A stretch of 32,000 bases of DNA from an uncultured Alphaproteobacteria bacterium (lineage in GTDB: Bacteria; Pseudomonadota; Alphaproteobacteria; CBDUYM01), in NCBI GenBank assembly GCA_965371465.1, contig CBDUYM010000018.1, positions 10,780 through 42,779 on the forward strand, given 5' to 3'. Within the stretch, counting starts at the first letter, position 1, and each line of letters begins with the position of its first letter. The position numbers were made by a program, and so were the translations under genes. Positions 12,751 through 22,270 of this stretch are shown piece after piece. The notes under the pieces were generated by a model. It saw nothing but the letters and a program-made list of their open reading frames with translations, was not told where the DNA came from and ran no database searches.

Positions 12751-13584
12751 CTAAAAAATCCAGTCGAAAGCGTTGACAATCCAGCTGTCCGGATTTGTCA
12801 GCGGTTCAAGATCCTGAGCCTGCAGCAGTGCGTAGCTGTCTTCATACCAGTCGCTGCCTGGAAAGTTGTGACCCAGTACAGCCGCTGAAGCCTGTGCTTC
12901 AGCCCTCACGCCTATGGCCAAATAGCATTCCGTCAAACGATGCAGTGCCTCCGCCGCGTGCGAGGTTGTCTGGAAGTCGATGACAACATTTCTGAAGCGG
13001 TGGATCGCACCAAGATAGTCCCCCTTCTGCTGATAAAAGCGGCCGACTGCCATTTCCTTGCCACCCAAGTGATCCATGGTGAGGTCAAACTTCAGCCGTG
13101 CATCTGCCGCATATTCAGTTTCGGGGTAGCGCCGGATGATGTCATTAAGAGCACCAAGCGCGCTTTCGGTATTCGACTGGTCGCGGCCTACATCAACAAT
13201 CTGCTCGTAGTAATTGAGTGCGATCAGATAATAGGCGTAGGGCGCGTCTCTGTTGCCGGGGTGGAGAGCCAGAAAACGCTTCGCCGAAAGAACCGAGTCT
13301 TCATATTCATGTTGCTTGTAGTAGGCAAAAGCGGACATCAGCTGCGCGCGGCGGGCCCACTCAGAATAGGGATGCTGCCGCTCCACCTCGTCAAAGACGA
13401 GGGCAGCCAGTTCATAGCTCTCACTGCCCATGTAGCGATGGCCAAGGTCATAGAGCTCTTCGACCTCGCGCTCGATATAAGGAAGCTCTGCTCTGTCGTC
13501 GTCATTACTGCAGGCAGCAAGCATTATGAGCGCCATCAACATGAAGGGCGCCGAGCCATATGCTCTTCTAAGATTTCCGATCAT
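12751..13584 (-). CDS. bamD: Outer membrane protein assembly factor BamD (YfiO/ComL lipoprotein)
   Basis: This 277-aa protein has a lipoprotein signal peptide with the lipobox LAAC|S and a TPR-like body (YELAALVFDEVERQHPYSEWA..., YYLIALNYYEQI, RYPETEYAADA). Confidence 0.9.
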   Translation of the reverse strand: MIGNLRRAYGSAPFMLMALIMLAACSNDDDRAELPYIEREVEELYDLGHRYMGSESYELAALVFDEVERQHPYSEWARRAQLMSAFAYYKQHEYEDSVLSAKRFLALHPGNRDAPYAYYLIALNYYEQIVDVGRDQSNTESALGALNDIIRRYPETEYAADARLKFDLTMDHLGGKEMAVGRFYQQKGDYLGAIHRFRNVVIDFQTTSHAAEALHRLTECYLAIGVRAEAQASAAVLGHNFPGSDWYEDSYALLQAQDLEPLTNPDSWIVNAFDWIF

Positions 13585-13683
13585 TTCAGTGAGGCCAATC
13601 CCATACTGTTAAACGTCATCGTTCATCCCGTCCGTCTGCCCATCACCTGGCATTGCTCTGACCGATGGCATCCGAACGGCTGC

Positions 13684-13711
13684 AGTATATCAGCGCAGAT
13701 TGTGGCAGCAA
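13684..13711 (-). promoter_or_regulatory. Candidate promoter for bamD-recN-ligA (TTGCTG-N16-TATACT on the - strand)
   Basis: On the - strand, the -35-like TTGCTG maps to plus-strand 13706-13711. It is followed by a 16-nt spacer and the -10-like TATACT at plus-strand 13684-13689. The element lies about 100 nt upstream of the bamD ATG. This rests on motif resemblance only. Confidence 0.25.
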
Positions 13712-13785
13712 TGCCCGGATTTTGTGGCCATTTAATGAACAGATCCGGACCTTCGGCTGCTTCGCCTGGCCAGAAGGACGAATTG

Positions 13786-13823
13786 GAGAAAAAAAGAGGC
13801 CAGCCGGCAGATGCCAACTGGCC
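13786..13823 (-). terminator. Rho-independent terminator downstream of ftsZ
   Basis: The - strand reads GGCCAGTTGGC-ATCT-GCCGGCTGGCC, an 11-bp stem including 2 G-U pairs with a 4-nt loop. It is followed immediately by TCTTTTTTTCTC and starts about 25 nt after the ftsZ stop. Confidence 0.75.
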
Positions 13824-13847
13824 CCAGTTCCATGCCCTATTATTCTG

Positions 13848-15548
13848 TTAGTTTGCCTGCCTTCTCAGGAAGGCCGGAATTTCCAGATGGCGCTCTTCGT
13901 TGTGCGGCACAGTAAGACGATCAGCACTGGTCACGATGCCACCGATTTCGCTCTGTTCCTGCGACTGCATGGCCGATGCGTTCATGTCCGGCTCTGGGCG
14001 CGGGGATGAATCACCGAACATCGAAAGCTGTTCGTCTGATTCGATCGCTTCCATCGTCGGTTCGATGAGGTCACCCCTCCCCAGCATGCTTCCTTCTTCT
14101 GCCCGAGGGGCCTTTCGTTGCCCTGTGATACGCTGCCAGAGACTGGGGCCTCTTTTTTCCTTCGCTGGCTTAGTCTGCGCATCCATTGGAGCTGTAGCCT
14201 CAAGCTCGGCGTGTACTGACATGTCGCCATTGACGGCCGGAGCATCAATCCCATGGGTGTCGAAATCGATGTCCGGTTCGATCTCAGCACTATCCAGATC
14301 CGGCACATCAAAGATGTCCTCCTCTGCTATCAATTCGGCCGACAGCTCCGGATCAGCGATGGGCTCAATAGCGTAAGGGTTGCTGATTGGTGCCTGAACG
14401 CCATAGGAAGGGCCCAGTTCAGCCAGCCTGGAGCGAATGGGCATGTCCATCGGCTCGGCCTCGTCAGCAACCTCAAATCCGGGAAGCGATTGATCTTCTT
14501 CAGTGACCTCATCTGATGCGCCATCCTGATCGCCAAGTGCATCAGCGCCGCCGACGACTGTCAGTTTTGGCGATGCGCCTTCCTCGAGCTGGATGCCGGT
14601 GGCAACGACCGAAACTCTCAGTTCGCCGTCCAGTTCCTTCTCGAAGGTGGAACCAACTATAATATTTGCATCTTGCGCCACTTCGCTTCTGATCCGATTG
14701 GCAGCCTCATCGACCTCGAAGAGCGTGAGATCCGCGCCTCCCGTAATATTGATCAAGACACCGCGTGCCCCACGCATCGACACATCATCCAGCAGCGGAT
14801 TTGAAATCGCGGCCTCCGCCGCCTCGATAGCGCGTCGCTCGCCACCTGCACTGCCAGTGCCCATCATGGCCTTGCCCATCTCGCCCATAACGGTTTTGAC
14901 GTCGGCAAAATCGAGATTGATAATGCCCGGGTTCACCATCAGGTCTGTAATACCCCTGACACCTGAATCAAGGACCTGATCTGCCATCGCAAACGCATCG
15001 GCAAAAGTCGTCTTTTCGTTAGCCACGCGGAAGAGGTTCTGATTTGGAATGACAATCAAAGTATCGACATAGCGCTGGAGTTCTTCGATACCGCGTTCGG
15101 CAATGAGCATCCGCTTTGAACCTTCGAACTGGAATGGTTTGGTTACGATCCCGACGGTAAGAATGCCCATTTCCTTGGCAGACTTGGCGATCACAGGCGC
15201 CGCACCGGTGCCGGTCCCGCCACCCATTCCCGCAGCGATAAAAGCCATGTGGCAGCTACGAAGCGTCTGTTCGATTTCAGGAATGGCCTCTTCCGCAGAT
15301 GCGCAGCCGATTTCGGGACGCGCGCCGGCACCAAGACCTTCTGTAATCCCAAGACCAAGCTGAATACGCTGATCAGCCTCTGAGTGGGACAGAGCCTGAG
15401 CATCAGTGTTGGCGACCACAAATTCGACGCCATCGAGGCCCGTGCGGATCATGTTATTGACCGCATTTCCACCAGCGCCACCAACCCCCATCACGACGAT
15501 GCGAGGTTTCATTTCGGTGAGCTGAGGCGACGTGAATGTAATACTCAT
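13848..15548 (-). CDS. ftsZ: Cell division protein FtsZ (long C-terminal linker form)
   Basis: This 566-aa protein has [13 protein letters not shown], the tubulin signature [10 protein letters not shown] and [11 protein letters not shown]. The C-terminal conserved peptide is [12 protein letters not shown]. Confidence 0.97.
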   Translation of the reverse strand: MSITFTSPQLTEMKPRIVVMGVGGAGGNAVNNMIRTGLDGVEFVVANTDAQALSHSEADQRIQLGLGITEGLGAGARPEIGCASAEEAIPEIEQTLRSCHMAFIAAGMGGGTGTGAAPVIAKSAKEMGILTVGIVTKPFQFEGSKRMLIAERGIEELQRYVDTLIVIPNQNLFRVANEKTTFADAFAMADQVLDSGVRGITDLMVNPGIINLDFADVKTVMGEMGKAMMGTGSAGGERRAIEAAEAAISNPLLDDVSMRGARGVLINITGGADLTLFEVDEAANRIRSEVAQDANIIVGSTFEKELDGELRVSVVATGIQLEEGASPKLTVVGGADALGDQDGASDEVTEEDQSLPGFEVADEAEPMDMPIRSRLAELGPSYGVQAPISNPYAIEPIADPELSAELIAEEDIFDVPDLDSAEIEPDIDFDTHGIDAPAVNGDMSVHAELEATAPMDAQTKPAKEKRGPSLWQRITGQRKAPRAEEGSMLGRGDLIEPTMEAIESDEQLSMFGDSSPRPEPDMNASAMQSQEQSEIGGIVTSADRLTVPHNEERHLEIPAFLRRQAN

Positions 15549-15581
15549 CGCTGAATATTCCTTTAAATTTTCAAGTAACCT

Positions 15582-15610
15582 AGTGTATCACATAATTACA
15601 CTTTTTTCAA
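15582..15610 (-). promoter_or_regulatory. Candidate ftsZ-proximal promoter (TTGAAA-N17-TACACT) in the AT-rich ftsA-ftsZ spacer
   Basis: On the - strand, TTGAAA maps to plus-strand 15605-15610. It is followed by a 17-nt spacer and TACACT at plus-strand 15582-15587. The -10 element is one arm of the inverted repeat AGTGTA-N9-TACACT (15582-15602). The ftsZ Shine-Dalgarno AAAGGAA lies about 10 nt upstream of the ATG. Confidence 0.3.
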
Positions 15611-15637
15611 CACAATCGTACCAAAACTCTAATTTTT

Positions 15638-16879
15638 TCAACCACTTCTGATCCATTTTCCTAATCGGGACAAGGCACCTTCCGAGGACCATTGATCTGA
15701 CTGCAATGCCACTTGCGTTGAGTCTGAAATGCCGCGCGCGATGTATTGCAGCAGGCCCGCGCAGACCGAGAAAGCTGGACCGATAGTGGCTTCTGCAAGC
15801 CCCATGATTCTGATTGGCTTGCCAATTCTTACCTGCCGATCCAGAAGTGAGCTGGCCAGTTCCCGAATGCCCTGAAGCTGAGCCGTACCGCCGGTCAGCA
15901 CAATTCGACGCCCAGCTACCCCATCATATCCGGCGCGTATCAGCCGCTCACGCGCGAGTTCGAAAATTTCTTCGACGCGTGGTCGAATGATGCCAACCAG
16001 CAACGACCTTGGAACCTGATTTGTCTCATGAGCCTCGGTGTCACCGATGCTTGGTACCTCAATCAGCTCATGATCATCGGAGAGACCCGCGACGGTTCCG
16101 CCATGGAGATTTTTCAACCGCTCGGCATGGCCGAGCGAAGTCGACAGACCTCTGGCAATGTCGCTGGTGATGTGAGCGCCACCTACAGGAACTGTGTCTG
16201 CATAAATCATGCTTCCGTCCATGAACACGGCGACAGATGTCGTACCGCCGCCAATGTCAATGCAAGTCACGCCAAGATCCATTTCATCTTCCACAAGACA
16301 CGAGAGCCCAGACGCATAGGATGACAGGACAAAATTGGAAATTTCCAGATGACAGCGCTCAACACAGACTCGCAGATTGCGGATCGCGCCGGTTGCGGCT
16401 GTGACGACATGAAGTTCAGCACCGAGCTGGCGCCCGTAAATGCCACGCGGCTCTTTGATTCCTGCCACACCGTCGACCTGATATGAAACAGGTATGGCAT
16501 GGAGAATTTCGCGATCTTCGGGAAGATCACATTTGTAAATCGCCGACATGACGCGCGCAACATCGCTGTCGCCGATCTCGCCGCCCTGCACGGAAGACTG
16601 AAGGCTGAGGCTGTGTGACACCGGCTGACCGCCGGAGACATTGACGACAACGCTTTGAACGGTTGTACCTGCCATGGTCTCGGCGCTGTGCACAGCGTTG
16701 CGGACCGAATGTTCAACGGCGCTCATATCGACGATTGATCCGTTGCGCATGCCCTGGGCATGTTGAACGCCGATACCGGTGACACGGACCTGTCCGTTGG
16801 CATCGACATGACCGATGAAACAGCAGACTTTGTTCGTTCCGATGTCGAGTGCGGCTATGGTTGTTGACCTACCAGCCAT
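15638..16879 (-). CDS. ftsA: Cell division protein FtsA
   Basis: This 413-aa actin-like ATPase has ALDIGTNKVCC (phosphate-1), IDIGGGTTSVAVF and LTGGTAQLQGI. A purine-rich Shine-Dalgarno (AGGGGAA) lies upstream. Confidence 0.95.
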   Translation of the reverse strand: MAGRSTTIAALDIGTNKVCCFIGHVDANGQVRVTGIGVQHAQGMRNGSIVDMSAVEHSVRNAVHSAETMAGTTVQSVVVNVSGGQPVSHSLSLQSSVQGGEIGDSDVARVMSAIYKCDLPEDREILHAIPVSYQVDGVAGIKEPRGIYGRQLGAELHVVTAATGAIRNLRVCVERCHLEISNFVLSSYASGLSCLVEDEMDLGVTCIDIGGGTTSVAVFMDGSMIYADTVPVGGAHITSDIARGLSTSLGHAERLKNLHGGTVAGLSDDHELIEVPSIGDTEAHETNQVPRSLLVGIIRPRVEEIFELARERLIRAGYDGVAGRRIVLTGGTAQLQGIRELASSLLDRQVRIGKPIRIMGLAEATIGPAFSVCAGLLQYIARGISDSTQVALQSDQWSSEGALSRLGKWIRSG

Positions 16880-16905
16880 AAATGTTCCCCTATTCCCTTC
16901 CCTCG

Positions 16906-17772
16906 TTACGTACGCTGACCTGATCTCCGAGCTCTTGGCGCCACGCCTGCCGGCAATCTCACAACAGTGCGATCCGTGAGCCGAAGATCGATCGCCTCCA
17001 GATCCCGAAGAAGAAGATCAAAACGCTGCGCGAGATCTGCGACTTTCCGCCAGGCCTCAAGCATGCCGGTTTCCGGCAGCTTTATTTCGAGACCTGAATT
17101 CATTCGAATATTCCATCGACGGGCCCCAACGTAGGTGGCTGCGCGAACCCCCGCGGCGAGTGATGGTTCAAGATCGATCAATGCTACGATCTCAGTGGCC
17201 CGTTCGTTGGCCTGCTTGCCCACCAGCAGAGGCAGGTGAGCGAAGCGCTCGACGTTTTCTTCAGTGATGACAACGCCGGAAGCGTCGATCAGCGCGATCA
17301 CTCCGTCACGCTGCCAGAGTGCGAAGGGTGTCCGCTCATGAACCTCAATATGCACATGGTTCGGCCAGAACCGGGAAACCGAAACGCTCTCGATCCAGCC
17401 GGCTCTCGCCAGGTCTTCGCTCAATGCTGCCAATGGGACTGTGAACATTGAATCGCCAATATCCACATTCACGGCGTTCAGAACTTCCTGCCGCGAAGTT
17501 TCTCTGCGACCACTCAATGTGACCTTAGCCACCGTAAAGCCCGCATCCCGGCCGACGTCGATCATAACCGCGGCCACGGCACTGACGCCGCGCGCCGCCG
17601 TGCCCGAAAGGCTGAGCCACGAAACCATTCCGACGAGCAGACCAATCATGACGATTGCTGTGCCCGTCCAGAACAGGCCTGGTGCGATACGTCCGGTTTC
17701 GCGTTCGCTGTTCCGAGCGGACATCTTGCGCGCCTTGTTCTTTCTGAATGGAGACCTGTTTATCGTCTGCAT
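16906..17772 (-). CDS. ftsQ: Cell division protein FtsQ
   Basis: This 288-aa protein has a basic N-tail, a single TM segment (WTGTAIVMIGLLVGMVSWLSL), and then POTRA/FtsQ-type domains. Its position between ddl and ftsA also supports the call. The start overlaps ddl by 13 nt, and ATG at 17724 is an alternative start. Confidence 0.85.
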   Translation of the reverse strand: MQTINRSPFRKNKARKMSARNSERETGRIAPGLFWTGTAIVMIGLLVGMVSWLSLSGTAARGVSAVAAVMIDVGRDAGFTVAKVTLSGRRETSRQEVLNAVNVDIGDSMFTVPLAALSEDLARAGWIESVSVSRFWPNHVHIEVHERTPFALWQRDGVIALIDASGVVITEENVERFAHLPLLVGKQANERATEIVALIDLEPSLAAGVRAATYVGARRWNIRMNSGLEIKLPETGMLEAWRKVADLAQRFDLLLRDLEAIDLRLTDRTVVRLPAGVAPRARRSGQRT

Positions 17773-18689
17773 GATGCGTCCCTGATCATCCAGTCAACGA
17801 GTTCATCAAATGAGATACCTTCATGCGCAGCAATTTCCGGGACGAGCGAGAGAGGCGTCATGCCCGGCTGCGTATTGATTTCAAGCATGTAGAAGCCGCC
17901 CTCGTCGCCATCGGCTTCCGAAAATCGGAGATCAGCTCGGCTCACGCCTTTGCAGCCAAGGACCGAATGAGCTTTCAATGACAGACTTAAGGCTTCGTCA
18001 TAGTCGCTCGGGCTCAGATCCGCCGGCGTCTCGTGCACTGCAAGGCCCTCTGTATACTTGGTGTCGTAGTCGTAGAAACGGCCGAGGGGTTTGACCTCTA
18101 CCGCGCCAATAGCCCGATCACCCATAACGCCAACCTGAATTTCGCGTCCGGCGATGTATCGTTCAACCAGGATCTGTTTTGTGCCGTCCGCATCCTTGAT
18201 GTCCGACATGGACAGGTTGTCCTCTTTGAACACCAGATAGACGCCGACACTGGATCCTTCATCGACAGGCTTGATCACGAAGGGCCGATCCATGACTTCG
18301 CCTTTGACCAGCTCGTTCCAGGTTACAACTTCTCCTGCTGCGCACCTGATGCCTTCACTTTCAAAGACCTTCTTGGCAAGAGGCTTGTTCATCGCGACCG
18401 AGGAAGCGAGCACGCCTGAGTGCGTGTATTTGCAGCCCATCATGTCGAGGAGACCCTGCACCCTTCCGTCTTCGCCGAACTGACCGTGGAGCGCATTGAA
18501 GACGATATCAGGGTCAACCTCAGACAGCCTGGCAGGCAACGTCCGGTCAACATCAATCTCATGAACCTGATATCCAAGGTTCCGCGCTGCCTCTGAGACG
18601 GCGCTGCCGGAAACGAGACTGACCTCGCGTTCCTGAGACCAACCGCCCATCAAAACAGCTAGTCTTGTTTGCTGCGGGTCAAGCGTCAT
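17760..18689 (-). CDS. ddl: D-alanine--D-alanine ligase
   Basis: This 309-aa ATP-grasp protein has LHGQFGEDGRVQGLLD, FVIKPVDEGSSVGV and LEINTQPGMTPLSL. Confidence 0.95.
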   Translation of the reverse strand: MTLDPQQTRLAVLMGGWSQEREVSLVSGSAVSEAARNLGYQVHEIDVDRTLPARLSEVDPDIVFNALHGQFGEDGRVQGLLDMMGCKYTHSGVLASSVAMNKPLAKKVFESEGIRCAAGEVVTWNELVKGEVMDRPFVIKPVDEGSSVGVYLVFKEDNLSMSDIKDADGTKQILVERYIAGREIQVGVMGDRAIGAVEVKPLGRFYDYDTKYTEGLAVHETPADLSPSDYDEALSLSLKAHSVLGCKGVSRADLRFSEADGDEGGFYMLEINTQPGMTPLSLVPEIAAHEGISFDELVDWMIRDASCRR

Positions 18690-19618
18690 GCTTGCGCCTC
18701 CCCGACAAATCTGATTTCCGGTTCGAGCAGGATGTCCGTTTTCGCGACGACGCGAGCTCTCACCTCTTCGATCAGGCTTTCAATTTCTGCCGCCGAAGCC
18801 TGGCCGGTGTTTTCTATGAAGTTGCAGTGCTTGTCTGACACCTTGGCGCCGCCGATGCTGAGGCTGCGGCAACCCGCTTCTTCAATCAGCTCCCAGGCAC
18901 GCTTGCCACCGGCTGCCGCCGATTTCGGATTCTTGAAAGTGCTGCCGCCTGTCCGCGTATCCACGGGCTGTGCGTCTGTACGCTCCCTGGCAATTTCCTG
19001 CATGCGCTTCCGGATGACGGCCGCGTCGCCCGCTTTTGCCGCAAAAGTTACCTCGACCACAATGTCAGATGTGTCAATAGATGAAGCCCGGTAGTCAAGG
19101 CCCAGCTCAAGGGCATCCCTGGTCTCAATCTTTCCGTTCCTTGCGACGATGACGGCTTCGCTCAGGACATCAGAGATCTGACCACCGAAGGCGCCGGCAT
19201 TCATGGCGACGGCACCACCGATGGTGCCTGGAACACCGCGCAGAAATTCGAGCCCGGTCAATCCGGCGCGGCCGGCGGCAGAGGCCACTTTCACATCCAG
19301 TGCCGCTGCACCGGCAATGATGTCCGTGCCGCTGACAGTGATTGCTTCAAATGCCTTGCCAAGAATGATAACGACGCCGCGCACGCCGCCATCGCGGACC
19401 AGAAGATTGGAGGCAGCGCCGATCACCATTACTGGGATTTCTTCGGCGAGGGCGGCGAGAAAGTCCTGCAGGTCGAGCGTGTCCGACGGCCTGAAGAGAA
19501 CGTCTGCAGGCCCGCCAACATTGAACCATGTGCGCGCCGCCAAAGGCTCGTTCACACGGATTTCACCGCGGGCACGGGGCAAATTTTTCTGCCATGCACA
19601 TGAGGAAGATGTTTTCAC
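18686..19618 (-). CDS. murB: UDP-N-acetylenolpyruvoylglucosamine reductase
   Basis: This 310-aa protein has an FAD-binding PCMH domain ([40 protein letters not shown]) and GGSTFKNP. Confidence 0.95.
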   Translation of the reverse strand: MKTSSSCAWQKNLPRARGEIRVNEPLAARTWFNVGGPADVLFRPSDTLDLQDFLAALAEEIPVMVIGAASNLLVRDGGVRGVVIILGKAFEAITVSGTDIIAGAAALDVKVASAAGRAGLTGLEFLRGVPGTIGGAVAMNAGAFGGQISDVLSEAVIVARNGKIETRDALELGLDYRASSIDTSDIVVEVTFAAKAGDAAVIRKRMQEIARERTDAQPVDTRTGGSTFKNPKSAAAGGKRAWELIEEAGCRSLSIGGAKVSDKHCNFIENTGQASAAEIESLIEEVRARVVAKTDILLEPEIRFVGEAQA

Positions 19619-21048
19619 TGGCCCCCTCCTTCAGCGCTTCTGGAGTCAGCTGAGCCAATCTGCTGAAGCGCCCCGGGCAGCGCATTTGCCCAGGCCGATA
19701 TGCTTCCCGCACCCATACACAAAACTGTGTCACCTGCTTCCGCGATATCGGCAATCAGGCCTGGCAGCTCGTCTTCACCCTCAAAGGCAACAACCTGGCG
19801 ATGGCCGTGATCCTTAAGAGCCTGGACCAGATGGTCGCGATCATATCCTTCAAGCGGCATCTCGCCCGCGGCGTAGACCGCTGAGACAAGGACGATGTCA
19901 GCATCATTGAAACAGGTCGCGAACTCTTCAAAGAGGTCGCGCAGACGGGAATAACGATGTGGCTGAACCACGGCGATAATGCGGCCATCGGTGACGTCCC
20001 GCGCGGCATTCAGAACTGCCAGGATTTCCTCCGGGTGATGGGCGTAATCATCAATGATGCTCACACCAGCTGCTTCGCCGACGCGCGTAAACCGGCGGCC
20101 AACACCGGCGAATGAAGAGAGGGCTTCGCGAATGGCACTTTCCTCAAATCCCATCTCAATGGCGACAGCAATGCCGGCGATTGCGTTCAGCATATTGTGC
20201 GTGCCGGGCATGGGAAACGTCATATCCCTATAGGCGAAATCATGATCCTGAAAACGGACTTCGACATCAAAATGGGTCAGCCCATCTTTGTAATACGCGT
20301 TCATGCCGCGCACATTGGCCTGCGGCGACAGGCCGTATGTAATCACCCGACACTCACTGACCTGGCCAACCAGACGCTGGACCTCGGGATGATCAATGCA
20401 AAGAACAGCAAAGCCGTAAAACGGAACATTCTGTACAAATTCCTGGAATGCAGCGCGTTCCGCGTCAAAGTCGCCGTAGAAGTCCAGATGCTCTGGATCA
20501 ATATTGGTTACAATAGCGACTGTGGACGGCAGCTTGACGAAGGTTCCGTCTGACTCATCTGCTTCAACGATCATCCATTCGCCTTCGCCGAGGCGGGCGT
20601 TGGTGCCGTATGCATTGATAATGCCGCCGTTAATGACGGTCGGATCGTAGTTCGCGGCATCAAAGAGTGATGCGACGATGGATGTCGTGGTTGTCTTGCC
20701 GTGGGTACCGCCGACACTGACGCACCATTTGAGGCGCATCAGCTCCGCCAGCATGTGAGCGCGCGATACAACCGGGATCTTCTGATCCCGCGCAGCAAGG
20801 ACTTCAGCGTTGTCTTCTTTCACTGCCGACGAAATGACGACAACACTGGCGCCACTGATGTTCTCCGCAGCGTGACCGATGTGAACTGTGACGCCAAAAC
20901 CCTGGAGGCGTCGAACATTCGCGCCCCGGGCAATATCGCTGCCCTGAACAGTGTAACCGAGGTTGTGCAGAACCTCAGCTATGCCGCTCATGCCTATTCC
21001 GCCGATGCCGACGATGTGAATGGGACCTATGTCGAAAGGCAGTTTCAT
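19615..21048 (-). CDS. murC: UDP-N-acetylmuramate--L-alanine ligase
   Basis: This 477-aa protein has [18 protein letters not shown], the Mur ligase P-loop [10 protein letters not shown] and [10 protein letters not shown]. Confidence 0.95.
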   Translation of the reverse strand: MKLPFDIGPIHIVGIGGIGMSGIAEVLHNLGYTVQGSDIARGANVRRLQGFGVTVHIGHAAENISGASVVVISSAVKEDNAEVLAARDQKIPVVSRAHMLAELMRLKWCVSVGGTHGKTTTTSIVASLFDAANYDPTVINGGIINAYGTNARLGEGEWMIVEADESDGTFVKLPSTVAIVTNIDPEHLDFYGDFDAERAAFQEFVQNVPFYGFAVLCIDHPEVQRLVGQVSECRVITYGLSPQANVRGMNAYYKDGLTHFDVEVRFQDHDFAYRDMTFPMPGTHNMLNAIAGIAVAIEMGFEESAIREALSSFAGVGRRFTRVGEAAGVSIIDDYAHHPEEILAVLNAARDVTDGRIIAVVQPHRYSRLRDLFEEFATCFNDADIVLVSAVYAAGEMPLEGYDRDHLVQALKDHGHRQVVAFEGEDELPGLIADIAEAGDTVLCMGAGSISAWANALPGALQQIGSADSRSAEGGGQ

Positions 21049-22253
21049 CAGGCTGTTCCGGTCCCGCTTACTGACATTTTGTTGGCTGATCTATCAAAAG
21101 GGCGGCTCTCATCACTAGCCTCCTGCGCTTCGGCGTTCGGCACCTCGGATCGCGCCATGCCCTCGACCAGGTCGGCAAGGTCAGCCGCCGCGTTCACGCG
21201 TGCGATGGCACGAGCCTTGAACGAAGCACCAACCAGCAACTCTGGCTGCTCGATGAGCTCGCTGATCTTTGCTGCAAGCTTCTCCGGCGTTGTTTCAGCC
21301 TCGGTCATGAGGCAGGCCGCACCGGCATTGACAAGGAACTCAGCATTTGCTGCCTGATCACCATCGACGGCGCCTGGCAAGGGAATGAGAATCGAAGGGC
21401 GACCAGAGATAGCGAGCTCAGCGACGGTCGACGCTCCGGATCTCGCGATGACGAGGTGCGTTTTGGCGAGCCGCACGGCCATGTCATCAAAAAAGGCCTC
21501 AACGTCTGCTTTGATGCCGGCGTTTGCGTAAATGTCTCTGACCCGATCAATATCCTCAGGCCTGCTTTGCTGCATGACATCCAGTCGTGTGCGGAATCCC
21601 TTCGGCAAACTCGCGAGCGCTGCGGGCACGAGATCGCTGATGGCTCGAGCTCCCTGACTGCCACCAAAGACAAACAGATGCAGGACTTCGGCGGCGGCGG
21701 CGCTACCGGTTCTGGGCACATGATAGGTCTGAGTATGGAGGGCAGCGAGTTCGGTCCGGACCGGATTACCAGTGACCACCGATTTCGCTTTGGCCGCGGG
21801 GGACATGAGCGACACTTCTTGAAAAGAAAGAGCTATCTTCTGCACAAAAGGAGTGACGGAGCGGTTGCCTCGCCCGAAAACCGCGTTTTGTTCGTGAATG
21901 CAGACAGGAATGCGAAGCAGGCGAGCGGCAACAATGGATGGGAAAGCTGAGTAGCCTCCGAACCCGACCATAGCCATAGGCTTTGCTTTTCTCAGGATGC
22001 CAAATGCCTGAATGATGCCCATCATGATGGGAAAGACCGACATCACTTTTCCGATCATGCCCTTCGATGTCGGCGTGCCGGCGCTGATCACATGATGCGT
22101 GACCTCGCTGTATCCGTTTCTGTATTGCTCACCGCGATCGTCTGTAAGGACGAGAGTGGCGATGCCCCTCGCGCTGAGCTCTGATGACAGGGCCTGTGCC
22201 GGGAATACATGGCCCCCTGTGCCGCCTGCTGCTATTGCGATCACTCTGTTCAT
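21048..22253 (-). CDS. murG: UDP-N-acetylglucosamine--N-acetylmuramyl-(pentapeptide) pyrophosphoryl-undecaprenol GlcNAc transferase (MurG)
   Basis: The protein has [12 protein letters not shown] and a GT28 N/C-domain layout ([20 protein letters not shown]). The ORF track starts it at ATG 22274, which overlaps the ftsW stop as ATGA. The in-frame ATG at 22253 is preceded by a strong AAGGAG Shine-Dalgarno 7 nt upstream, and I prefer it. The start remains ambiguous between 22253 and 22274. Confidence 0.9.
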   Translation of the reverse strand: MNRVIAIAAGGTGGHVFPAQALSSELSARGIATLVLTDDRGEQYRNGYSEVTHHVISAGTPTSKGMIGKVMSVFPIMMGIIQAFGILRKAKPMAMVGFGGYSAFPSIVAARLLRIPVCIHEQNAVFGRGNRSVTPFVQKIALSFQEVSLMSPAAKAKSVVTGNPVRTELAALHTQTYHVPRTGSAAAAEVLHLFVFGGSQGARAISDLVPAALASLPKGFRTRLDVMQQSRPEDIDRVRDIYANAGIKADVEAFFDDMAVRLAKTHLVIARSGASTVAELAISGRPSILIPLPGAVDGDQAANAEFLVNAGAACLMTEAETTPEKLAAKISELIEQPELLVGASFKARAIARVNAAADLADLVEGMARSEVPNAEAQEASDESRPFDRSANKMSVSGTGTA

Positions 22254-22270
22254 TTCAACTCTCCTTCGCT

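Noticed and set aside
12940-13851. A 303-aa + strand ORF opposite bamD that extends through the bamD-ftsZ spacer.
   Set aside because: It is antisense to bamD and runs through the ftsZ terminator hairpin. It has no Shine-Dalgarno and no protein-like motifs.
13623-14009. Small ORFs in the bamD-ftsZ spacer (13623-13817 on the - strand, 13665-14009 on the + strand) as possible novel small proteins.
   Set aside because: The - strand ORF starts inside the ftsZ terminator stem. The + strand ORF runs antisense into ftsZ. Neither has a Shine-Dalgarno or protein-like composition.
15563-15579. A possible CtrA box (TTAA-N7-TTAAC) in the ftsA-ftsZ spacer.
   Set aside because: Only the first half-site matches. 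The second half (AGTAAC) fits only with a non-canonical 8-nt spacing. I found no GANTC methylation site in the spacer either.
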